Below are positions 1-11,199 of a DNA stretch of 64,000 bases, piece after piece. The DNA lies in NCBI GenBank assembly GCA_043228905.1, contig JBHGNT010000017.1, forward strand, positions 62,001 to 126,000, in the 5' to 3' direction. A model generated the notes under the pieces. The model ran no database searches and had not been told where the DNA came from. It saw nothing but the letters and a program-made list of their open reading frames with translations. This DNA is from Azolla caroliniana (Eukaryota > Plantae > Polypodiophyta). Each line of letters starts with the position of its first letter. Within the stretch, counting starts at the first letter, position 1. Made by a program: the position numbers and the translations under genes.

Positions 1-1807
1 CGTTCAGTTTCGGCGTCTTCGGCACAGTAAACTCGAGCCGGATTCCCTTCGAGCGACAGTACTCCGCGAACTGCCCCCGGTATTCCCCTCCGTTATCCGC
101 TCGTATCGCTTTCAGCTTCTTGCCGGATTCCCTTTCCACTCTCGCGTGGAGTTCTTTGAAGACGCACAACACTTGGTCCTTTGTCTTCAACGGTGCCGTC
201 CACAGCTTCCGGCTGTGATCATCAATGAATGTTACGAAGTACTGGGCTCCGCCATGTGACTTCGTTTCTACCTGACACACATCAGTGTGCACCAACTCCA
301 ATGGTGCGCTACGTCTCGTCGGTGGCCTTGAGTGGAAGGAGGTTCGGTTCTGCTTACCGGCCAGGCAATCGGTGCACTTCTCCAGGTGCACATGCTTCAC
401 TGGAATAAGGTTGTCTTCTGCAAGCCTCTTCATCCCCTTCTCACTCATGTGGCACAGTCTCTTGTGCCACAGCTCACCGGCAGTGTCGGCCGCCACGTTC
501 AACTCTTCCGGACACAACCAGGCATTCATAAGGTACAGTGTGTTGACTTTCCGGGCCCGAGCCACTATCAGGCTCCCCTTGCTGAACTTCATTACGCCGT
601 TCCGGATGCTACCTATGTAGCCTTCATCGTCTAGCCTCCCGGCCGAAATCAGGTTCAATCGAACCTCCGGAACGTGTCGGACATCCTTCAGCAGCATTTT
701 GCATCCGGTCGAGGTTGTCAACCACACGTCTCCTATGCCGGCAATCCGGCACGTACCTTCATTTCCCATCCGAACACAGCCATGCTCACCGACTGTGTAG
801 GATGAGAAGTATCTTCTCTCCGGGGTCAGGTGGAACGATGCTCCGGAATCGACCACCCAGGTCGTCTCATCGCCGGCAATGTTTAGTTCACCTTCTTCGG
901 TGATGAGCATGATTTCTTCCTCACTTGCCGCGAGTGCCGTCGTTCCTTTCCGGTCCTGCCCTCGCCGATCCGAACCTCTACGGTCCGTGGCTCCCCGGTA
1001 TGCACCGTTTCTCTCCGGTGACTTCTTCGAATCGGTGTCGTCGGCTCCGTTGTCCTTTCGGTAATGCCGACAATTCTTCCGGAAGTGCCCCGGCTTCCCA
1101 CAGTGGAAGCATGTGGGTCTTCCTCTTGACTGCGACCGGGTCCCCGACTTCTCCCGTCTTTGCGGACTCCGAATCCATTGTCTTCCCCGTTCCGATTCGG
1201 TAAGCAGCGCCTTCGAGTCGGAGGCCGGTTCTTTATCTCTCCGACGTGCTTCTTCGTTCAAAATACTTGTCTTTACCGTTTGTAGGGACAAGTTATCTTC
1301 CGTGCAGGAGGTGCTGAGAGTCACCACCAAGTTCTCCCAGCTTTCCGGCAATGTACACATCAGAATGATGGCTTGCATTGGATCCTCCAGCGGGAACTTG
1401 ATCGCCGCAAGCTGGTTCACGAATCCCATGAACGTGCTTACGTGTTCCACCATACTCTCGCCGTCCCGGTACTTGAGGTTCACTATCTTCCTCATCAGGG
1501 AGGTCCGGTTCAACGCATTCTTCCTCTCGTAGAGGCCCGACAGTTTCCGCCACATCTCATATGCGTTGATGTCGTTCGCCACATGTTGTAGAACGCTCAC
1601 GTCGACGTATTGCCGAATGGTTGCAACGGCTTTCCGGTTCAGAAGCCTCCATTCCGACTCAAGTACCCCCTTCGGTATTTCCGACCTGTCAATCGGTTCG
1701 TACAGGTCCCGAACAATCAGAAGATCCTCCATCTTGATCTTCCAGTCGGCGTAATTCTGCGCATTCAGCACCATCATCCCCGGCTGCCCGCTGCCGCCGC
1801 CTTCCAT
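1..1807 (-). CDS. gag-pol polyprotein, N-terminal part (Gag, CCHC zinc knuckle, aspartic protease, GAG-pre-integrase, integrase core); runs off the window edge
   Basis: Manual translation from ATG 1807: MEGGGSGQPGMMVLNAQNYADWKIKMEDLL...CFHCGKPGHFRKNC...WVVDSGASFH...GELWHKRLCH...LVHTDVC...FIDDHSRK...RADNGGEY...PKTPKLN. It stays in frame to position 1; its absence from the ORF track fits having no stop codon in the window. Confidence 0.92.
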   Translation of the reverse strand, partial: MEGGGSGQPGMMVLNAQNYADWKIKMEDLLIVRDLYEPIDRSEIPKGVLESEWRLLNRKAVATIRQYVDVSVLQHVANDINAYEMWRKLSGLYERKNALNRTSLMRKIVNLKYRDGESMVEHVSTFMGFVNQLAAIKFPLEDPMQAIILMCTLPESWENLVVTLSTSCTEDNLSLQTVKTSILNEEARRRDKEPASDSKALLTESERGRQWIRSPQRREKSGTRSQSRGRPTCFHCGKPGHFRKNCRHYRKDNGADDTDSKKSPERNGAYRGATDRRGSDRRGQDRKGTTALAASEEEIMLITEEGELNIAGDETTWVVDSGASFHLTPERRYFSSYTVGEHGCVRMGNEGTCRIAGIGDVWLTTSTGCKMLLKDVRHVPEVRLNLISAGRLDDEGYIGSIRNGVMKFSKGSLIVARARKVNTLYLMNAWLCPEELNVAADTAGELWHKRLCHMSEKGMKRLAEDNLIPVKHVHLEKCTDCLAGKQNRTSFHSRPPTRRSAPLELVHTDVCQVETKSHGGAQYFVTFIDDHSRKLWTAPLKTKDQVLCVFKELHARVERESGKKLKAIRADNGGEYRGQFAEYCRSKGIRLEFTVPKTPKLN

Positions 1808-1822
1808 TTTCTGCAGCAGCTC

Positions 1823-1834
1823 GCTCTGATACCA
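1823..1834 (-). other. Primer binding site (tRNA-iMet) of element A
   Basis: gctctgatacca = reverse complement of TGGTATCAGAGC, 3 nt from the LTR end. Confidence 0.95.
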
Positions 1835-1837
1835 AAT

Positions 1838-2437
1838 TGATGGAAATAATCGACACTTTCCAAACCCTCTCGGCCACAACCAAGGAAACACACGAATCGT
1901 TGTTGCAGAAAATGGGAAATGCAAAAGTAAATAAGTGGACACACGATTTAACGTGGAAAACCCTGTACGGGAAAAACCACGGGAGTACACGACTCCGAAC
2001 CAAAACTATGCACAGAGAAATATACAATGGCGAGCTGCAAGGTAACGACCTTGAGCTCGCTGTCCTCGCCACAGGCGGCGGAATTACACAGAGGCGTCGA
2101 CCTCTTCGTCTCTCACGCTCTATCTCTCTCACGGCTGCTCTCTCTTCACTCCTCTTCAGTGGAAAAACAGAAAAATGAGTAGCAACATTAAAACTGTTTG
2201 CCCTAAGTCATATTTATACACATATGACTTTAGGGCTATTTACAACTATAGCCTCAAGGGCCCTTGGCAAAGATATTCATAGATATGTCCCCGCATCCGG
2301 ATCTCTCTCCGGGTACATTCGTCATCCGGCTCCGAAGCCAGGGTCTTCATCATCCGGTTCCGAAACCGCAACCGGGCTTGTCGTCATTCATCTCCGGACA
2401 TCCGACCATCCCATCCGGAGGGACCGTAATCCCAACA
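1838..2437 (-). repeat. 5' LTR of element A (600 bp)
   Basis: TG...CA ends; shares motifs with element B LTRs (ggccacaacc, acgtggaaaacc, cgccacaggcggcgg, gccctaagtcatattt, cccatccggagggacc). Confidence 0.9.
2200..2253 (-). promoter_or_regulatory. Putative LTR TATA box (TATAAATA, 2211-2218) inside an inverted repeat, followed by a second short inverted repeat
   Basis: gccctaagtcatat-ttatacac-atatgactttagggc and ggctat-ttacaact-atagcc. Confidence 0.5.
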
Positions 2438-3087
2438 CGATTCGCATGTTTGAACACAGAAATCAGATATCACACGAGCCAGGTCTGAACATTTTAATTT
2501 ACCTACTAGCTCTTGTCAACTCCCTCCTCAAATTTGCTAATTTCTTCATGTCTCTCGACCTGAGTTTCAAAATCTTGATTTTTTAATTCCATATCAGAGC
2601 TAGCTTTGTTAGCTTCGATACGTATGTTTGAACACAAAAATCCAATATCACACGAACCAGGTATGAACAGTTTAATTTACTAACGCGCTCTTCTCCACTA
2701 CCTCCTCAAATTTGCTAATTTCGTCATGTCTCTCGACCTGAGTTACAAAAACTTGATTTTTTAATTCCATATTAGAGCTAGCGTTGTTAGCTTTGAACAC
2801 AAAAATCCGATATCACACGAGCCAGGTATGAACATTTTAATTTACTAACGCGCTCTTCTCCACTACCCCCTCAAATTTGCTAATTTCGGCATGTCTCTCT
2901 ACCTGAGTTTTAAAATCTTGATTTTTTAATTCCATATTAGAGCTAGCGTTGTTAGCTTCCATTCGCATGTTTGAACACAAAAATCCGATATTACACGAGC
3001 CAGGTCTGAACATTTCAATTTACCTACTTGCTCTTGTCACCTCCCACCTCAAATTTGCTAATTTCTTCATGTCTCTCGAGCTGAGTT

Positions 3088-6000
3088 TCAAAATCTTGTT
3101 TTTTTAATTCCATATTAGAGCTAGCGTTTTTAGCTTCGATTGGCATGTTTGAACACAGAAATCCGATATCACACGAGCCAGGTCTGAACATTTTAATTTA
3201 CCTACTAGCTCTTGTCAACTCCCCCCTCAAATTTGCAAATTTCTTCATGTCTCTCGACCTGGGTTTCAAAATCATGATTTTTTAATTCCATATTAGAGCA
3301 AGCGTTGTTAGCTTCGAGGCACATGTTTGAACACAAAAATCCGATATCACACGAGCCAGGTATGAACATTTTAATTTACTAACGCGCTCTTCTCCACTAC
3401 GTCCTCAAATTTGCTAATTTTTTCATGTCTCTCAACCTGAGTGTCAACATCTTGATTTTTTAATTCCATATCAGAGCTAGGGTTGTTAGCTTCGATACGC
3501 ATGTTTGAACACAAATATCCGATATCACACGAGCCAGGTATGAACATTTTAATTTACCTACTAGCTCTTCTCCACTACCTCCTCAAATTTGCTAATTTCG
3601 TAATGTCTCCTGACCTGAGTTTCAAAATCTTGATTTTTCAATTCCATATCATAGCTAGCTTTGTTAACTTCGATTCTCATGTTTGAACACAAAAATCCGA
3701 TATCACACGAACCAGGTATGAACATTTTAATTTACTAACGGGCTCTTCTCCACTACCTCCTCAAATTTTGCGAATTTCTTCATGTCTCTTGACCTGAGTT
3801 TCAAAATGTTGATTTTTTAATTGTATATAATAGCTAGCTTTCTTAGCTTCGATTCGCATGTTTGAACACAAAAATCCAATATCACACGAGCCAGGTATGA
3901 ACATTTTAATTTACCTACTAGCTCTTGTCAACTCCCTCCTCAAATTTGCTAATTTCTTCATGTCTCCTGACCTGAGTTTCAGAATTTTGATTTTTTAATT
4001 CCATATCATAGCTAGCTTTGTTAGCTTCGATTCGCCTGTTTGAACACACAAAACGATATCACACGAGCTAGGTATGAACATTTTAATTCACTCACGCGCT
4101 CTTCTCAACTCCCTCATTAAATTTGGTAATTTCTTCATGTCTCTCGACCTGAGTTTCAAAAGCTTGATTTTTTAACTCCATATCATAGCTAGTGTTGGTA
4201 GCTTCGATTCGCATCTTTGAACATAGAAATCCGATATCACACGAGCCAGGTATGAACATTTTAATTCACTCACGCGCTCTTCTCAACTCCCTCCTTAAAT
4301 TTGGTAATTTCTTCATGTCTCTCGACCTGAGTTTCAAAATCTTGATATTTTAATTCCATATCATAGCTAGTGTTGGTAGCTTCGATTCGCATCTTTGAAC
4401 ACAAAAATCCGATATCACACGACGCAGGTATGAACATTTTAATTTACTCACGTGCTCTTCTCAACCCTCTGCTCTAAATTGGTAATTTCTTCATGTCTCT
4501 CGACCTGGGTTTCAAAATCTTGATTTTTTAATTCCATATCATAGCTAGTGTTGTTAGCTTCAATTTGCATCTTTGAACAGAAAAATCCGATATCACACGA
4601 GGCAGGCATGAACATTTTAATTTACTCAAGCGCTCTTCTCAACTCCCTCCTCTAATTCGGTAATTTCTTCATGTCTCTCGACCTGAGTATCAAAATCTTG
4701 ATTTTTTAATTCCAGATCATAGCTAGTGTTGTTAGTTTCGATTCGCATCTTTGAACACAAAAATCCGATATCACACGAGGCAGGCATGAACATTTTAATT
4801 TACTCACGCGCTCTTCTCAACTACCTCCTCAAATTTGGTAATTCCTTCATATCTCTCGACCTGAGTTTCAAAATCTTGATTTTTTAACTCTATATCATAG
4901 CTAGTGTTGTTAGCTTCGATTCGCATCTTTGAACAAAAAAATCCGATATCACACGAGGCAGGCATGAACATTTTAATTTACTCACGGGCTCTTCTCAACT
5001 CCCTCCTCTAATTTGGTAATTTCTTCATGTCTCTCGACCTGAGTTTCAAAATCTTGATTTTTTAATTCTAGATCAGAGCTAGTGTTGTTACCTTCGATTT
5101 GCATCTTTGAACATAAAAATCCAATATCACACAAGGCAGGTATGAACATTTTAATTTACTCACGGGCTCTTCTGAACCCTCTGCTCTAATTTGGTAATTT
5201 CTTCATGTCTCTCGATCTGAGTTTCAAATCTTGATTTTTTAATTCTAGATCAGAGCTAGTGTTGTTACCTTCGATTTGCATCTTTGAACATAAAAATCCA
5301 ATATCACACAAGGCAGGTATGAACATTTTAATTTACTCACATGCTCTTCTGAACCCTCTGCTCTAATTTGGTAATTTCTTCATGTCTCTCGACCTGAGTT
5401 TCAAAATCTTGTTTTTTTAATTCCATATTAGAGCTAGCGTTTTTAGCTTCGATTGGCATGTTTGAACACAGAAATCCGATATCACACGAGCCAGGTCTGA
5501 ACATTTTAATTTACCTACTAGCTCTTGTCAACTCCCCCCTCAAATTTGCAAATTTCTTCATGTCTCTCGACCTGGGTTTCAAAATCATGATTTTTTAATT
5601 CCATATTAGAGCAAGCGTTGTTAGCTTCGAGGCACATGTTTGAACACAAAAATCCGATATCACACGAGCCAGGTATGAACATTTTAATTTACTAACGCGC
5701 TCTTCTCCACTACGTCCTCAAATTTGCTAATTTTTTCATGTCTCTCAACCTGAGTGTCAACATCTTGATTTTTTAATTCCATATCAGAGCTAGGGTTGTT
5801 AGCTTCGATACGCATGTTTGAACACAAATATCCGATATCACACGAGCCAGGTATGAACATTTTAATTTACCTACTAGCTCTTCTCCACTACCTCCTCAAA
5901 TTTGCTAATTTCGTAATGTCTCCTGACCTGAGTTTCAAAATCTTGATTTTTCAATTCCATATCATAGCTAGCTTTGTTAACTTCGATTCTCATGTTTGAA

Positions 6001-7540
6001 CAAAAAAATCCGATATCACACGAACCAGGTATGAACATTTTAATTTACTAACGGGCTCTTCTCCACTACCTCCTCAAATTTTGCGAATTTCTTCATGTCT
6101 CTTGACCTGAGTTTCAAAATGTTGATTTTTTAATTGTATATAATAGCTAGCTTTCTTAGCTTCGATTCGCATGTTTGAACACAAAAATCCAATATCACAC
6201 GAGCCAGGTATGAACATTTTAATTTACCTACTAGCTCTTGTCAACTCCCTCCTCAAATTTGCTAATTTCTTCATGTCTCCTGACCTGAGTTTCAGAATTT
6301 TGATTTTTTAATTCCATATCATAGCTAGCTTTGTTAGCTTCGATTCGCCTGTTTGAACACACAAAACGATATCACACGAGCTAGGTATGAACATTTTAAT
6401 TCACTCACGCGCTCTTCTCAACTCCCTCATTAAATTTGGTAATTTCTTCATGTCTCTCGACCTGAGTTTCAAAAGCTTGATTTTTTAACTCCATATCATA
6501 GCTAGTGTTGGTAGCTTCGATTCGCATCTTTGAACATAGAAATCCGATATCACACGAGCCAGGTATGAACATTTTAATTCACTCACGCGCTCTTCTCAAC
6601 TCCCTCCTTAAATTTGGTAATTTCTTCATGTCTCTCGACCTGAGTTTCAAAATCTTGATATTTTAATTCCATATCATAGCTAGTGTTGGTAGCTTCGATT
6701 CGCATCTTTGAACACAAAAATCCGATATCACACGACGCAGGTATGAACATTTTAATTTACTCACGTGCTCTTCTCAACCCTCTGCTCTAAATTGGTAATT
6801 TCTTCATGTCTCTCGACCTGGTTTTCAAAATCTTGATTTTTTAATTCCATATCATAGCTAGTGTTGTTAGCTTCAATTTGCATCTTTGAACAGAAAAATC
6901 CGATATCACACGAGGCAGGCATGAACATTTTAATTTACTCAAGCGCTCTTCTCAACTCCCTCCTCTAATTCGGTAATTTCTTCATGTCTCTCGACCTGAG
7001 TATCAAAATCTTGATTTTTTAATTCCAGATCATAGCTAGTGTTGTTAGTTTCGATTCGCATCTTTGAACACAAAAATCCGATATCACACGAGGCAGGCAT
7101 GAACATTTTAATTTACTCACGCGCTCTTCTCAACTACCTCCTCAAATTTGGTAATTCCTTCATATCTCTCGACCTGAGTTTCAAAATCTTGATTTTTTAA
7201 CTCTATATCATAGCTAGTGTTGTTAGCTTCGATTCGCATCTTTGAACAAAAAAATCCGATATCACACGAGGCAGGCATGAACATTTTAATTTACTCACGG
7301 GCTCTTCTCAACTCCCTCCTCTAATTTGGTAATTTCTTCATGTCTCTCGACCTGAGTTTCAAAATCTTGATTTTTTAATTCTAGATCAGAGCTAGTGTTG
7401 TTACCTTCGATTTGCATCTTTGAACATAAAAATCCAATATCACACAAGGCAGGTATGAACATTTTAATTTACTCACATGCTCTTCTGAACCCTCTGCTCT
7501 AATTTGGTAATTTCTTCATGTCTCTCGACCTGAGTTTCAA
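3088..7540. repeat. Higher-order tandem duplication, 2313-bp offset (13-mer plus 12-mer copy)
   Basis: Diagnostic variants recur at +2313 (3088/5401; identical ORFs 3483/5796); copy 1 carries one extra duplicated monomer (~5040-5400). Confidence 0.9.
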
Positions 7541-8399
7541 AATCTTGATTTTTTAATTGCATATCATAGCTAGTGTTGTTAGCTTCGATTCGCATCTTTG
7601 AACACAAAAATCCGATATCACACGAGGTAGGCATGAACATTTTAAATTACTCACGCGCTCTTCTCAACTCCCTCCTCTAATTCGGTAATTTCTTCGTGTC
7701 TCTCGACCTGAGTTTCAAAATCTTGATTTTTTATATCCAGATCATAGCTAGTGTTAGCTTCGATTCGCATCTTTGAACACAAAAATCCGATATCGCACGA
7801 GCATGGTATGAACCTTTTAATTTGCTCACTGGCTCTACTCAACTCCCTCCTCAATTTTGCTAATTTGTTCATGTCTCTCGACCTGAGTTTCAAAATCTTG
7901 ATTTTTTCATTCCATATCAGAACTAGCGTTATTAGCTTCGATTAGCATGTTTGAACACAGAAATCCGATATCACACGAGCCAGGTATGAACATTTTAATT
8001 TAGGAACGCGCTCTTGTCAACTCACTCCTCAAATTTGCTAATTTATTCATATCTCTCGACTTGAGTTTCAAAATCTTGATTTTTTAATTCTATATCATAG
8101 CTAGCGTTGTTATCGTTTATTATCCTGTTTGAACACAAAAATCTAATATCACACGAGCCAAGAATGAATATTTTCAATTACTAACGGGCTCTTGTCTACG
8201 ACCTTCTATATCATAGCTAGGTTTGTTAGCTTTGATTCGCATGTTTGAACACAAAAATCCGATAGCATACCAGCCAGGTATGAACATTTTAATTTACCTA
8301 CTAGCTCTTGTCTACTCCCTCCTCAAATTTGCTAATTTCTTCATGTCTCTCGACTTGAGTTTCAAAATCTTGATTTTTTTATAACATATCATAGCAAGC

Positions 8400-10800
8400 G
8401 TTGTTAGCTTCAATTCGCATGGTTGAACACAAAAATCCAATATCACACGAGCCAGATATGAACATTTTAATTTGCTTACTGGCTCTACTCAACTCCCTCC
8501 TCAAATTTGCTAATTTCTTCATGTTTCTCGACCAGAGTTTCAAAATCTTGATTTTTTAATTCTATATCATAGCAAGCGTTCTTAGCTTTGATTCGCATGT
8601 TTGAACACAGAAATCCGATATCACACGAGCTAGGTATGAACATTTTAATTTACGAACGCGCTCTTCTCCACTACCTCCTCAAATTTGCTAATTTCATCAT
8701 GTCTCTCGACCTGAGTTTCAAAATCTTAATTTTTCTATCTCATCTCAAAACTAGCGTTGTTACCTTCGATTCGCATGTTTGCACACAGAAATCCCATATC
8801 ACACGAGCCACGACCTAAGTTTGAAAATCTTTATTTTTGACTTCTATATCATAGCTAGCGTTTTTAGCTTCGATTGGAATGTTTGAAAACAAAAATCCAA
8901 TATCACACGAGCGAGGTATGAACATTTTAATTTGCTCACTGGCTCTACTCAACTCCCTCCTCAAATTTGCTAATTTCTTCATGTGTCTTTACCAGAGTTT
9001 CAAAATCTTGATTTTTTAATTCCATATCATAGCAAGCGTTGTTAGCTTTGATTCGCATGTTTAAACACAGAAATCCGATATCACACGAGCTAGGTATGAA
9101 CATTTTAATTTACTAACGCGCTCTTCTCCACTACCTCCTCAAATTTGCTAATTTCATCATGTCTCTCGACCTGAGTTTCAAAATCATGATTTTTTAATTC
9201 CCATATCGTAGCAAGCATTGTTAGCTTCGATTCGCATGTTTGAACACAAAAATCCAATATCACACGAGCTAGGTATGAACATTTTAATTTACTAACGCGC
9301 TCTTCTAAAATCCCTCCTTAAATTTGCTAATTTCTTCATGTCTCTCGACTTGAGTTTCAAAATCTTCATTTTTTAATTCCATATCAGAACTAGTGTTATT
9401 AGCTTCGATTTGCATGTTTGAACACAAAAATCGGATATCATACGAGCCAGGTATGAACATTTTAATTTACCTACTATCTCTGGTCAACTCCCTCCTCAAA
9501 TTTGCTAATTTCGTCATGTCTCTAGACCTGAGCTTCAAAATCTTGATTTTTTAATTCCCATATCATAGCCAGCGTTGTTAGCTTCGATTCGCATGGTTGA
9601 ACACAAAAATCCGATATCACACGAGCCAGATATGAACATTTTAATTTGCTTACTGGCTCTACTCAACTCTCTCCTCAAATTTGCTAATTTCTTCATGTAT
9701 CTTTACCAGAGTTACAAAATCTTGATTTTTTAATTCTATGTCATAGCAAGCGTTCTTAGCTTTGATTCGCATGTTTGAACACAGAAATCCGATATCACAC
9801 GAGCTAGGTATGAACATTTTAATTTACGAACGTGCTCTTCTCCACTACCTCCTCAAATTTGCTAATTTCATCATGTCTCTCGACCTGAGTTTCAAAATCT
9901 TAATTTTTCTATCTCATATCAAAACTAGCGTTGTTACCTTCGATTCGCATGTTTGCACACAGAAATCCCATATCACACGAGCCACGACCTAAGTTTGAAA
10001 ATCTTTATTTTTGACTTCTATATCATAGCTAGCGTTGTTAGCTTCGATTGGAATGGTTGAAAACAAAAATCCGATATCACACGAGCGAGGTATGAACATT
10101 ATAATTTGCTCACTGGCTCTACTCAACTCCCTCCTCAAATTTGCTAATTTCTTCATGTCTCTCGACCTGAGTTTCAAAATCTTGATTTTTTAATTCCATA
10201 TCATAGCAAGCGTTGTTAGCTTTGATTCGCATGTTTAAACACAGAAATCCGATATCACACGAGCTAGGTATGAACATTTTAATTTACTAACGCGCTCTTC
10301 TCCACTACCTCCTCAAATTTGCTAATTTCGTCATGTCTCTCGACCTGAGTTTCAAAATCATGATTTTTTAATTCCCATATCGTAGCAAGCGTTGTTAGCT
10401 TCGATTCGCATGTTTGAACACAAAAATCCAATCTCACACGAGCTAGGTATGAAAATTTTAATTTACTAACGCGCTCTTCTCCACTACCTCCTCAAATTTG
10501 CTAATTTCTTCATGTCTCTCGACCTGAGTTTCAAAATCTTAATTTTTCTATCTCATATCAAAACTAGCGTTGTTACCTTCGATTCGCATGTTTGCACACA
10601 GAAATCCGATATCACACGAGCCACGAACTAAGTTTGAAAATCTTTATTTTTGACTTCTATATCATAGCTAGCGTTGTTAGCTTCGATTTGCATGTTTGAA
10701 AACAAAAATCCGATATCACACGAGCGAGGTATGAACATTTTAATTTGCTCACTGGCTCTACTCAACTCCCTCCTCAAATTTGCTAATTTCTTCATGTCTC
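8400..10800. repeat. Higher-order repeat, 1174-bp offset, marked by a ~104-bp deletion monomer
   Basis: ORFs at 8588/9762; junction gagcca|cgacctaag at ~8809, ~9983, ~10622. Confidence 0.8.
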
Positions 10801-11199
10801 TCGAATTGAGTTTCCAAATCTTGATTTTATAATTCTATATCAGAACTAGCGTTGTTATCTTCGATACGAATGTTTGAATACAAAAATCCGATATAATACG
10901 AGCCAAGTATGAACATTTTAATTTAACTACTAGCTCTTGTCACCTCGCTCCTCAAATTTGCTAATTTCTTCATGTCTCTCGACCTCAATTTCAAAATATT
11001 AATTTTTTAATCCCATATCAGAACAAGCGTTGTTAGCTTCGATTCGAATGTTTGAACACAAAAATCCGATATCATACGAGCCAGGTATGAACATTTTAAT
11101 TTACCTACTAGCTCTCTTCAACTCCCTCCTCAAATTTGTTAATTTCTCCATGTCTCTCGACCTGAGTTTCAAAATCATGATCAGAGCTAGTGTTATTAG

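Larger units (their letters stand above)
1..2437 (-). mobile_element. Ty1/copia LTR retrotransposon 'element A' (Tnt1/Tork-like), 5' part; continues beyond window start
   Basis: TG..CA-bounded LTR 1838-2437, PBS TGGTATCAGAGC on - strand, then gag-PR-IN in copia order; abuts satellite at 2438. Confidence 0.95.

Noticed and set aside
285-1840. Plus-strand and alternative-frame ORFs over both copia elements (also 47446-51353)
   Set aside because: Antisense shadows of a GC-rich gag-pol
2438-2620. Satellite derived from the copia LTR
   Set aside because: No extended similarity between monomer and either LTR beyond few-base matches
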